Made by a program: the position numbers and the translations under genes | NCBI GenBank assembly: GCA_003670425.1 | Contig: QWRL01000001.1 | Location: 1 to 48,559, forward strand | Length of the DNA: 48,559 nt | Reading direction: 5' to 3' | From: Chloroflexota bacterium | Lineage (GTDB): Bacteria; Chloroflexota; Anaerolineae; Anaerolineales; UBA11657 | Shown here: in pieces, positions 1-7,937 of the stretch | Layout of the letters: each line of letters begins with the position of its first letter | Numbering within the stretch: position 1 is the first letter of the stretch | Notes under the pieces: model-generated | Told to the model about the DNA's origin: nothing | The model's input: only the letters and a program-made list of their open reading frames with translations | Databases searched by the model: none

Positions 1-266
1 TCCGGGTGCGGGTGGTCAACATATTCGCAGAGTTTTTGCCTCGGCCGCAGCCAGTGATCGCTGGCCAGAATGCGGTGCATGGTGCCGGCGTCCGCGGCCG
101 TGCCGGCGGTGAGGATTTGCGGGCACTCGCCGTAGATGGTGTACCAGGCGTCTACGGGCTGGATGCCGAGTCTGGTCATATTAGGCACCCAATCGCGCAC
201 CACAAACTCAAAGTACTCTTGTTCGAGGTTGGGCTTGATGTCCCAGCTTAGTAGCAGCTTGACCAT
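1..266 (-). CDS. hypothetical protein, N-terminal fragment (gene runs off the left edge)
   Basis: Not in the supplied track because it has no stop in the window. Hand translation of the minus strand from ATG 266-264 gives MVKLLLSWDIKPNLEQEYFEFVVRDWVPNMTRLGIQPVDAWYTIYGECPQILTAG... It is open to position 1 with G/C-rich third positions. The + strand ORF 6..251 looks like its shadow. Confidence 0.5.
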   Translation of the reverse strand, partial: MVKLLLSWDIKPNLEQEYFEFVVRDWVPNMTRLGIQPVDAWYTIYGECPQILTAGTAADAGTMHRILASDHWLRPRQKLCEYVDHPHP

Positions 267-310
267 GAACAGAAAATCGGGCGGGCAAAATAGCGCGTGA
301 GCGCCGCGAG

Positions 311-958
311 TCAGGCCCCCTTGGCTTCCAACACCACAACCGCGGTTTCTTCGGGCAGGGTGCTCTTGGTAACTTTAAAGGTATCCTGCGGCTCCACTTT
401 GGAGAGGCCCATTTCCTTGAGGAACTTGGCCAGCGGATCAAGCTGCAGTTTTGTTTTGGCCAGCTTGTAGTGCATGGGTATGATGATGGAGGGCTCGATC
501 AGGCTGATCAGCTCGGCGGCCTGCCCGGCGTTCAAGCCATTGCCACCGCCCACCGGCGCAAGCAAAACATCCACCGTACCCAGCGCTTCCACCTCGGCTT
601 GCGTGAGGATCGCGCTTAGGTCGCCGAGATGGCAAACGGTCACATCCTCATAATTGAAAACAAAGACGGTATTGGCGCGCGCGCCGTTGGTGCCGCCCTT
701 GCCTTTGGCAGCCGCGGTCTGTACGCCGGTAATGAAGACGCCGCCAATTTCATATTCGCCGGCGCCGTGCAGCGCGCGCGCTTCTTTGATGGCGGTCGAG
801 TTGTTGTGCCCGGGCGCATCGTGGCTGATCGTCACAATGTCGGCTTTAAGGCGCGGCATCGAAAATCCGACAGACGCATCAAACGGGTCGGTGACGATGG
901 CGGTGCCATTGCGCTCGCTTAACCGAAAACAGGAATGGCCGAAATAATTAATTTCCAT
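311..958 (-). CDS. MBL-fold metal-dependent hydrolase (UPF0173-like)
   Basis: C-terminal 215 aa of ORF 311..1249: MEINYFGHSCFRLSERNGTAIVTDPF...ISHDAPGHNN...CHLGD. The family normally starts M-x-I-x-Y-x-GHSCF, so ATG 958 (alternative 979) is preferred. The upstream 90-97 aa are Arg/Ala/Ser-rich and look non-coding. Confidence 0.8.
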   Translation of the reverse strand: MEINYFGHSCFRLSERNGTAIVTDPFDASVGFSMPRLKADIVTISHDAPGHNNSTAIKEARALHGAGEYEIGGVFITGVQTAAAKGKGGTNGARANTVFVFNYEDVTVCHLGDLSAILTQAEVEALGTVDVLLAPVGGGNGLNAGQAAELISLIEPSIIIPMHYKLAKTKLQLDPLAKFLKEMGLSKVEPQDTFKVTKSTLPEETAVVVLEAKGA

Positions 959-1166
959 TGTGATTTGCGAGTATACCATCGCCACGTGTTTGGCCAGTGT
1001 TTTGCGCCGGGATGCGGATGCGCGAGTGGCTGCATTGCTGTAGTTACTGCAGAGTGATAAGTGCGCTGATGCCGGTGCTAAAATCCAAAGCAAGGCTGCG
1101 CAGCCGCTGGTCAGGGCATGCAAACGCGCTGCGGCCAAGGGCCATCTGTGCTTTGGGCGCGCCCCA

Positions 1167-3092
1167 GTGAACTCCGTGGCTGAAACATTAATTCTGCCGT
1201 ACAGCGCTGCCGAACTTGACGCAGCTGGCGCTGCCGGCAACTTGCGCACTTACGATTTGTTGGGGGCGCACTGCTGTGTGCGCGCCGGGCAGGCGGGCGT
1301 GGCATTTGCCGTATGGGCGCCCAACGCAGCGCGGGTGGCCGTGGTCGGCGACTTCAATGCGTGGCAGCCGGCAGCGCACGCGCTGCAACTGCACCGCAAT
1401 ACCGGTGTTTGGCAGCTCTTTGTGCCGGGGCTGGCTAGCGGCGCGCTCTACAAGTATCTTGTCTTTGGCAGCGAGCACGCAGCGCCATGTTTCAAAGCCG
1501 ACCCGGTTGCATTTGCGGCAGAGCTGCGCCCGGCCACGGCTTCGATTGTGTGTGACTTGGATGGCTACGCATGGCAGGATGCGCGCTGGATGCAGGAGCG
1601 CGTGCGCCGCCAGCAGCCGGATACGCCCATCTCCATTTATGAAGTGCACGCCGGCTCTTGGCGGCACCAGACCGGCAGTGCGCAGCCGCTCACTTACCGG
1701 CAGCTGGCGGCTGAGCTGGTGCCGTATGCGGCCGGGCTGGGCTTCACGCACATCGAGCTGCTGCCACTTACCGAGCATCCGCTGGATGCTTCCTGGGGCT
1801 ACCAGACCACGGGCTACTTTGCAGCCACCAGCCGCTTTGGCCCGCCGCACGATTTGATGTTTTTTGTGGATGCGTGCCATCGCGCCGGGCTCGGTGTAAT
1901 TTTGGATTGGGTGCCCGGGCATTTTCCAAAAGACGCGCACGGCCTGGCGCAGTTTGACGGCACAGCGCTGTATGAATATGCCGATGTGGCGCGCGCCGAA
2001 CACCACGGCTGGGGCACTTATGTTTTTAATTACGGCAGTGCGCCGGTGGCGGCGTTCCTCATCAGCTCGGCGCTCTTCTGGCTGGATATGTATCACATTG
2101 ATGGCTTGCGCGTGGATGCCGTGAGTTCAATGCTGTATCTGGACTACGGGCGGGAAGCCGGCGCATGGCGGCCGAATGTGCATGGCGGCCGCGAACATTT
2201 GGAGGCGGTTGAATTTTTGCGGCAGCTGAATGCTGCCGTGCATGCACAGTTTGCGGGGGTGCTTACTTTTGCAGAAGAGGCCAGCGCGTGGCAGGGTGTC
2301 AGCGCGCCGGCAGCGCGCGGCGGCTTGGGCTTTGACTACAAGTGGAACATGGGCTGGATGTCCGATACGCTGCGCTACTGGAGCACGCCGCTGGGCGCGC
2401 GCGCTGCAGCGCAGCATGCGCTGACCTTTCCGCTTACGTTTGCATTCCAGGAAAACTACTTGCTGCCGCTTTCGCACGATGAAGTGGTGCACGAGAAGCG
2501 TTCGCTGCTGCAGCGCCTGCCGGCTGAACCCAACGTGCAGCTGGCAAACTTGCGCGCGCTGCTGGCGTTTATGTTTGCGCTGCCCGGCAAGAAGCTGCTC
2601 TTCATGGGCGGTGAGCTGGGCGCTGCTGCGGAGTGGGACCACGCCGGCCAGCTGGCGTGGGAGTTGAGCGCGGACGCGCGGCATGCCGGCGTGGCTGCGC
2701 TGGTGCGCGACTTGAATTCCATCTACCGCGTGCTGCCGGCGCTGCATGCATGGGACTGCAGCCCGCAGGGCTTTGAGTGGCGGGACATCAGTGCAGCGCA
2801 GCCGGGTGTTGTGGCATTTGTGCGCCATGCGCCGGGCGGTGAAGCGCTGCTGGTGGCGGGCAATTTTTCAGGCGCGGCGTACCCCGGTTATCAGTTGGGG
2901 GTGCAGCAGGCGGGCAGCTACAAACTGCTGCTCAATACTGAATGGGCGCAGTACGGCGGTGCAGCTGTGGATGCAGCGGGTGAGTTGCTGCCGGCCGGGG
3001 ACCAGGGCTGCCACGGCTGCGAGTTTGCATTGAGCCTGGCACTGCCGGCGCTTTCGGTCTTGCTGCTGCAGCGCGCAGACGGGCCGGCATGA
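1167..3092 (+). CDS. glgB: 1,4-alpha-glucan (glycogen) branching enzyme, GH13
   Basis: 641 aa with typical GlgB blocks: YEVHAGSWR, THIELLPLTEHP, WGYQTTGYFA, GVILDWVPGHFP, IDGLRVDAVSSMLYLDY, FAEEASAWQGVS, GFDYKWNMGWMSD, LPLSHDEVVHEK. GTG start. Confidence 0.93.
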   Translation: MNSVAETLILPYSAAELDAAGAAGNLRTYDLLGAHCCVRAGQAGVAFAVWAPNAARVAVVGDFNAWQPAAHALQLHRNTGVWQLFVPGLASGALYKYLVFGSEHAAPCFKADPVAFAAELRPATASIVCDLDGYAWQDARWMQERVRRQQPDTPISIYEVHAGSWRHQTGSAQPLTYRQLAAELVPYAAGLGFTHIELLPLTEHPLDASWGYQTTGYFAATSRFGPPHDLMFFVDACHRAGLGVILDWVPGHFPKDAHGLAQFDGTALYEYADVARAEHHGWGTYVFNYGSAPVAAFLISSALFWLDMYHIDGLRVDAVSSMLYLDYGREAGAWRPNVHGGREHLEAVEFLRQLNAAVHAQFAGVLTFAEEASAWQGVSAPAARGGLGFDYKWNMGWMSDTLRYWSTPLGARAAAQHALTFPLTFAFQENYLLPLSHDEVVHEKRSLLQRLPAEPNVQLANLRALLAFMFALPGKKLLFMGGELGAAAEWDHAGQLAWELSADARHAGVAALVRDLNSIYRVLPALHAWDCSPQGFEWRDISAAQPGVVAFVRHAPGGEALLVAGNFSGAAYPGYQLGVQQAGSYKLLLNTEWAQYGGAAVDAAGELLPAGDQGCHGCEFALSLALPALSVLLLQRADGPA

Positions 3093-4780
3093 TGCGCGCG
3101 CCGCGCTGGCTGCCGGCGCTGCCAGCCTGCTTGCTGGCAGCCTGCCTTGGTGGCGCAGCAACCCCCACGCCGCTGCCGCCCACTTTTGTGCCGGCCATTC
3201 CAGCGATCGGCGACCGACTTGCGCCAACTCTTGTGCCATTTCTGGCGCGCGCCAATCCGGGGGTGAGTGCGCGCTATACCTTTACGGTCAAGCTGGATTA
3301 TGTTGGCAAGCGCGCAGAGGTTGCGCAGCTGGTGGAGGTGACGAACCCCGGCCCCGATGAGTGGAACGAGCTGGTTTTTTATTTGCCGGCGGACCTGCGC
3401 ACGGAGCGCTTTACGCTAAGCAAGCTGACGCTGGTGGAGCAGGTGCAGGCGCTGGCGCCGCGCATTGAAGTGCGCGACGGATTCTTGACGGTGCGGCTGC
3501 CGGCGCCGGTGCGCCCGAACGAATCGCGCCTGGTGAACATCACATACGGCCTCAGCAGCAAAGAGACCAGCCTGCGTGCGCGCCGCACTGCCGGTGACGT
3601 TGGCCACACCGCCAACGTGATGCAGTTCCTAAACTGGTATCCGCAGCTGGTGCCGTACGAGCGCGGCCGCGGCTGGAAGAAATGGCAGCTAACAAATGTG
3701 GGGCCGCCGCTGCTGTCCGAGGTGGCGGACTATGACCTGGAGGTGACGAGTGCGCGCGAGCTTGTGATTGCGAGTGGCGGGCCGGTGGCAAGCGTGCCCG
3801 GCCTTGCCAACTTCCGGCTGCGCAACGCGCGTTCGATTGCGTTCAGTGCCAGCCCCGAGTACCAGTTGATCATTCGCCCGTCAGATTCGGCAACACTTTA
3901 TTTGTATCACCTGCCGGACCATGCAGAAGGGGCGGCGGCGGTGCTGGCTGCCGCGGCCAAGGCGCTGCAGCTTTTCAACGAACTATTCGGGCCGTATCCG
4001 TATGCCTCGCTGGTGATTGCGGAGGATGCATTTCTTCCAAGTGTTGCCAGTGGTGGATTCTTGCTGCACACCGGGCAGGGCTTTGCGGACTACGACGGCA
4101 AGCCGGAGTCGCTGCTGCTGGCGCTGGTGCCGCAGGCCATGGCGCATTTATGGTGGGGCCAGGTGGTGGGCCATGACCCGGTTGCAGAGCCATGGCTGGG
4201 TGCAGCGCTGCCCATGTACAGCGAGTATCTTTACATCGAGCGCTTCCAGCCGGAGCTGAAGGACTGGTACTGGCGTGACCGCGTTGAGTACTGGAAGCCC
4301 AGCGGTGCGCTCAACCGCACGGCATACGATTTGGACAACACCGAAGATTTGCTGCAGAACACCTATCGGCGCGGCGCTCAGTTTCTAAATGACTTGCGCC
4401 TTGAAATAGGCGTTGGCCCGTTCAATATATTTTTGCGGGACTTATACCAAACCGGCGCCTTCCGCCTGACCACTGGCGCGGAGTTTTTTGGCTTGCTCAA
4501 CCAGGCTGCGCCGGCAAATCTGGAGCTGCTGGCCCGGAAATATTTTGATGCGGCGCTGCTGCTGCCCACGCCGCTGCCCACCATCACGCCGTTCTTCACG
4601 CCTGGCGCGCAGCCCACCGCCACACCGCAACTGCGCATCCATGTGGTGCAGGCAGGCGAGACGCTGGCCTACATTGCCGGCAAGTACGCGGTGCCGCTGC
4701 AGCTAATTGTTACGCGCAACCGCCTCGCAGATGCGGCAATGATCAGCGTCGGTCAGGAACTGATTATTCCTTATCCGTAA
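3089..4780 (+). CDS. M1-peptidase-like lipoprotein with degenerate active site and C-terminal LysM domain
   Basis: 563 aa. Signal plus lipobox LLAAC (Cys19). The central region is collinear with the M1 fold, but HEXXH reads QAMAH (aa 349-353) and WL-x-EG reads WLGAAL. C-terminal IHVVQAGETLAYIAGKYAVPLQLIVTRNRL...VGQELIIP is a LysM. ATGA overlap with the glgB stop. Confidence 0.75.
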   Translation: MMRAPRWLPALPACLLAACLGGAATPTPLPPTFVPAIPAIGDRLAPTLVPFLARANPGVSARYTFTVKLDYVGKRAEVAQLVEVTNPGPDEWNELVFYLPADLRTERFTLSKLTLVEQVQALAPRIEVRDGFLTVRLPAPVRPNESRLVNITYGLSSKETSLRARRTAGDVGHTANVMQFLNWYPQLVPYERGRGWKKWQLTNVGPPLLSEVADYDLEVTSARELVIASGGPVASVPGLANFRLRNARSIAFSASPEYQLIIRPSDSATLYLYHLPDHAEGAAAVLAAAAKALQLFNELFGPYPYASLVIAEDAFLPSVASGGFLLHTGQGFADYDGKPESLLLALVPQAMAHLWWGQVVGHDPVAEPWLGAALPMYSEYLYIERFQPELKDWYWRDRVEYWKPSGALNRTAYDLDNTEDLLQNTYRRGAQFLNDLRLEIGVGPFNIFLRDLYQTGAFRLTTGAEFFGLLNQAAPANLELLARKYFDAALLLPTPLPTITPFFTPGAQPTATPQLRIHVVQAGETLAYIAGKYAVPLQLIVTRNRLADAAMISVGQELIIPYP

Positions 4781-6077
4781 AACCCAGCGCCGTGCGGGCT
4801 TCGCCGACCAGCGCCACGCTGCCCGTTACCAGCACCAGCGCTTGCGGGCCGGCCAGCGCAGCTGCGCGGCGCAACGCCTCCGGCACCGTGGCGGCGGTGC
4901 TTACCGGGCGCGCGTACGGCGCTGCCAATGCGCCCAGCGCCTCCAGCTGCAGCGAGCGCGGGTTCGTGGCATGCGTCAGCACCACCGCCTGGGCATCCGG
5001 CAGCAAGCTTTCAAACATGCCGGCAATGTCCTTGTCTTGCATCGCGCCAAACAGCAGGACATACGGCTGCGCTGGAAAATGTTCTTTGATTGCGGCGCGC
5101 AAGCGCAACGCCGACTCACCGTTGTGGGCGCAATCCAAAATGTAGGGCGGGCTGCCGGGTACCAGCTCGCAGCGTGCCGGCCACACCACGGTGCGCAGTC
5201 CGGCGGCCACGGCAGCTTCAGCCAGCTGCCAGCCCGCAGCGCGCAACTCTGCTGCAAGCGCCACCGCCACGGCTGCATTCTCCACTTGATGTGCGCCCAG
5301 CAGCGGCAGCTCATATTCCGCAGCCGGCGCGTTGCTGCGCCCAACCGCACACAGCTGGCCGGTGCGCTTTACGCTCAAGCGCTTGTAGTGCCAGTCCCGG
5401 CCCACAAGCTGCAGCACTGCGCCGCGCTGCGCTGCAATCTGCTCCACCACTTGCAAGGCTGCCGGCGGCTGCGGGGCGCACACCAGCGGCACGCCGGCTT
5501 TGATGATGCCGCATTTCTCCGCTGCAATTTTGTCCAGGGTGCTGCCCAGCAGTTCCACATGGTCATAGCTGAGCGCAGTGATCGCGCACACTTGCGGCTG
5601 CAGTACGTTGGTTGCGTCCAGCCGGCCGCCGAGCCCCACTTCAATCACCGCCAGATCCACCTTCTCGCGCGCAAAGTATTCGAACGCGATGGCGGTGGTT
5701 ATCTCAAAAAATGTAATACCCGGAAAGCGCTCGATTTGCGGGCGCAGCGTGCGCATTATTTCTGCAAAGAAAGCCCGCGGGATCGGCATGCGTTGAATTT
5801 GAAACCGCTCGCGCACGTCGTGCAGATGCGGCGAGGTGTACAGGCCTGTGCGGTAGCCGGCGGCACGCAAAATTGATTCGGTGAACGCGGCAACGGAGCC
5901 TTTGCCTTTTGTGCCGGCGATTAGCACGCTTGGAAATTTGGCCTGCGGATCGCCGAGTGCAGCCAGCAGTGACCGCATGCGGTCCAGGCTGAAGTGCTGC
6001 GGCGCGTATTGGTTGGCGGGGCGCGCTTCAAACATGGCGTGCTGCCATAAAAACTCAACTGCGTTTTGGTAATCCAT
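4764..6077 (-). CDS. folC: bifunctional folylpolyglutamate synthase / dihydrofolate synthase (Mur ligase family)
   Basis: 437 aa. P-loop IAGTKGKGS, YTSPHL, EVGLGGRLDATN and a Mur-ligase C-terminal domain. The 3' end overlaps the convergent upstream gene by 17 nt. Confidence 0.9.
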   Translation of the reverse strand: MDYQNAVEFLWQHAMFEARPANQYAPQHFSLDRMRSLLAALGDPQAKFPSVLIAGTKGKGSVAAFTESILRAAGYRTGLYTSPHLHDVRERFQIQRMPIPRAFFAEIMRTLRPQIERFPGITFFEITTAIAFEYFAREKVDLAVIEVGLGGRLDATNVLQPQVCAITALSYDHVELLGSTLDKIAAEKCGIIKAGVPLVCAPQPPAALQVVEQIAAQRGAVLQLVGRDWHYKRLSVKRTGQLCAVGRSNAPAAEYELPLLGAHQVENAAVAVALAAELRAAGWQLAEAAVAAGLRTVVWPARCELVPGSPPYILDCAHNGESALRLRAAIKEHFPAQPYVLLFGAMQDKDIAGMFESLLPDAQAVVLTHATNPRSLQLEALGALAAPYARPVSTAATVPEALRRAAALAGPQALVLVTGSVALVGEARTALGFTDKE

Positions 6078-6165
6078 CGGGAGGCTCGCGATTATAGCTT
6101 CGGGAATTTAGCGCGTGTCCCGACTATGAATGTTCAATAAAATGACGTAAACTCCCTGCGGATTT

Positions 6166-7875
6166 ATGAACGTGAAAATCAAAATTATTATGAGGAAGCG
6201 GGTAGAAAACTTTGGCCTGATCGGGCGAAGAGCCGGCCCGGCGATCTTGCTGGCGCTGGCATTTTTGAGCAGTTGCGGCTTGCTTGATACTGCCGAGATC
6301 CCGATTGTGCAAAAAAAAGCAACCGCCACGCTCACGCCTACGCCTTATCGAATTCAGCAGGCCAAGATTTCCGAGCTGGTGGCTGAGGTACTGGCACGCA
6401 ATGCATCGTTCCGGGCGATGGCACCGGTAGTGTCCGGGTTCGTAATTTCGGTGGGCGGCATGGTGCAGACTGGCGCGCAAAGCCGTGCGAAGATCACACT
6501 GAGTGATGGCGCAATCATCCGCCTTGACGAAAATTCTTCATTTGAGCTAGCCGAGATGAAGCTTGATGCCGGGTACGAACCGATTACCAAGCTGAAGTTG
6601 CTGGGTGGCCGCGTGTGGGCGCAAATCAACGGCGGCAGCCTCGAAATTGAAACCGCAGCGTCGGTGGCATCGGTGCGTGGTTCAAAAATGGGCGTGGGCA
6701 TTTCTGAGACGGGCGAAGTGCTGGTGACCAACATGGAGGGCAACGTAGTCCTCCAGACTGGTGGAGTGACGGTTGAGGTATTGCGCGGCCAGCAGGCGCT
6801 TATCCCGCAAGCCGGGGGCGCACCCGTAGTGGGCCCGATGGATCTGGCGCAGGCTGAGGCGTGGGCAGCCAACAACCCTGAGGCAATCAGCAATGCGCAG
6901 AGCTTGTTCCCGGAACAGCGCCTCATCCTTCCCACCCGTCTTCCCACCAACACGGCGATGCCGGGGTTGGTTGAGCGTGCGCTTAGCGCGCTGGAGATTG
7001 CCTCCAATGCTGCGCAAGCGCGCCAGGCTACGCCGCTGCCAACGCGTGATGTAGCCGTGCTGGGCACAATGGTGGCAGAGGTGTTGCCAACTAACACGCC
7101 CATGCCAACGCGAATCATGCTGCCTGCTACGGCTACTTTGCCGGCCACAGCCCGGCCGCCGGCGACGGCTGTGCCAACCACCGCACCGGCCGTGGCCACA
7201 AATTCCCCCACCCCCAGCGCAAACCCGCCACCTACAGTGCAAGTGGTGCCGGCCGTAACCGCCCAAACACCAGTACAGCCAACCGTTGCTGTACCCATCG
7301 TGTGCAATCCGGACACGCTCAGCAACGGCAGCTTTGAGAGCGGCGATTTTAAATGCTGGAACCTGGACAAATCTGACCCTGATGGCACGTGGGGAATGGC
7401 GGACGCAGCCCTCACCGTAGCCAATGGCGCGCAGGTGTACGACTTTGCCAGCAAACGCGATGAGCTGCAAAACTCGCCCGGGCTCCCCGCCAGCTTTGCG
7501 GTGACAGAAGGCAGCCGCGCCGCATTTGTGATTGCCAACAAGCCCGGAACGTTCCGCGCTTACCAGGACGTGACGCTGCGCGCTTGCGCAACCGGACTTA
7601 CATGGGACATGCAATACGCCAGCCACAACGCGGGCGGCTTGAACCAGCGCGAGTACATTGCGGTGGACATCCGGTCTCCCGGTGCAGACACGCGGCAAGT
7701 GGCATTGTTTGTCACCACAGCGGGGCGTGATAACCCCACGGCGGCCACAAAGTCCTATCAGGCGGACCTTACAAAGTATGCCGGTCAGGCCATTCGCATT
7801 GACATTGAAGTGTTGACCCAGAGCGGCCAGTTTGAGGCCGGCTTCGATAACTTTGTGATTACCGGCTGCGACTGA
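6166..7875 (+). CDS. secreted/lipoprotein FecR-domain protein with Pro/Thr-rich linker and C-terminal beta-sandwich (CBM-like) domain
   Basis: 569 aa. Signal plus FLSSC lipobox. FecR-like segment (ITLSDGAIIRLDENSSFEL...ASVRGSKMGV...VLRGQ). About 120 aa PT/PA-rich linker. The C-terminal roughly 190 aa start CNPDTLSNGSFESGDFKCW and end FDNFVITGCD. An alternative ATG lies at 6190. Confidence 0.65.
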   Translation: MNVKIKIIMRKRVENFGLIGRRAGPAILLALAFLSSCGLLDTAEIPIVQKKATATLTPTPYRIQQAKISELVAEVLARNASFRAMAPVVSGFVISVGGMVQTGAQSRAKITLSDGAIIRLDENSSFELAEMKLDAGYEPITKLKLLGGRVWAQINGGSLEIETAASVASVRGSKMGVGISETGEVLVTNMEGNVVLQTGGVTVEVLRGQQALIPQAGGAPVVGPMDLAQAEAWAANNPEAISNAQSLFPEQRLILPTRLPTNTAMPGLVERALSALEIASNAAQARQATPLPTRDVAVLGTMVAEVLPTNTPMPTRIMLPATATLPATARPPATAVPTTAPAVATNSPTPSANPPPTVQVVPAVTAQTPVQPTVAVPIVCNPDTLSNGSFESGDFKCWNLDKSDPDGTWGMADAALTVANGAQVYDFASKRDELQNSPGLPASFAVTEGSRAAFVIANKPGTFRAYQDVTLRACATGLTWDMQYASHNAGGLNQREYIAVDIRSPGADTRQVALFVTTAGRDNPTAATKSYQADLTKYAGQAIRIDIEVLTQSGQFEAGFDNFVITGCD

Positions 7876-7902
7876 GCCGCGGCCAACAATTCATGAGCTG
7901 AG

Positions 7903-7937
7903 AAGCGCCGCCTGCCAGCATGCGGCGCTTTGTGTTT
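7903..7937. terminator. hairpin terminator between convergent genes
   Basis: Perfect 9-bp stem AAGCGCCGC (7903-7911) / GCGGCGCTT (7922-7930) with a 10-nt loop, followed by TGTGTTT on the + strand. It sits between the stops at 7875 (+) and 7936 (-). Confidence 0.6.

Noticed and set aside
6-251. + strand ORF of 81 aa at the left edge
   Set aside because: Arg/Gly/Ala-rich with no motif. The opposite strand carries a better open frame with a proper ATG (266), sensible amino-acid composition and GC3 bias.
959-1249. N-terminal 97 aa of track ORF 311..1249
   Set aside because: Low-complexity Ala/Ser/Arg sequence upstream of the family-typical MEINYFGHSCF start. Treated as a non-coding extension of the open frame in GC-rich DNA. 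The same logic was applied to the extensions of ORFs 7936..10341, 20472..24194, 24070..25203, 30607..31251, 32478..34040, 39866..40600, 40526..41275 and 41328..42485.
1188-2096. 302-aa antisense ORF inside glgB (and the 213-aa and 233-aa alternative-frame ORFs there)
   Set aside because: It overlaps a confidently identified gene. The Arg/Ala/Pro/Gly-rich composition is typical of shadow ORFs in about 67% GC DNA.
6354-7698. 395-aa and 338-aa antisense ORFs inside the FecR-domain gene
   Set aside because: Shadow ORFs. The sense frame has recognisable signal, FecR and linker architecture. The antisense products are low complexity.
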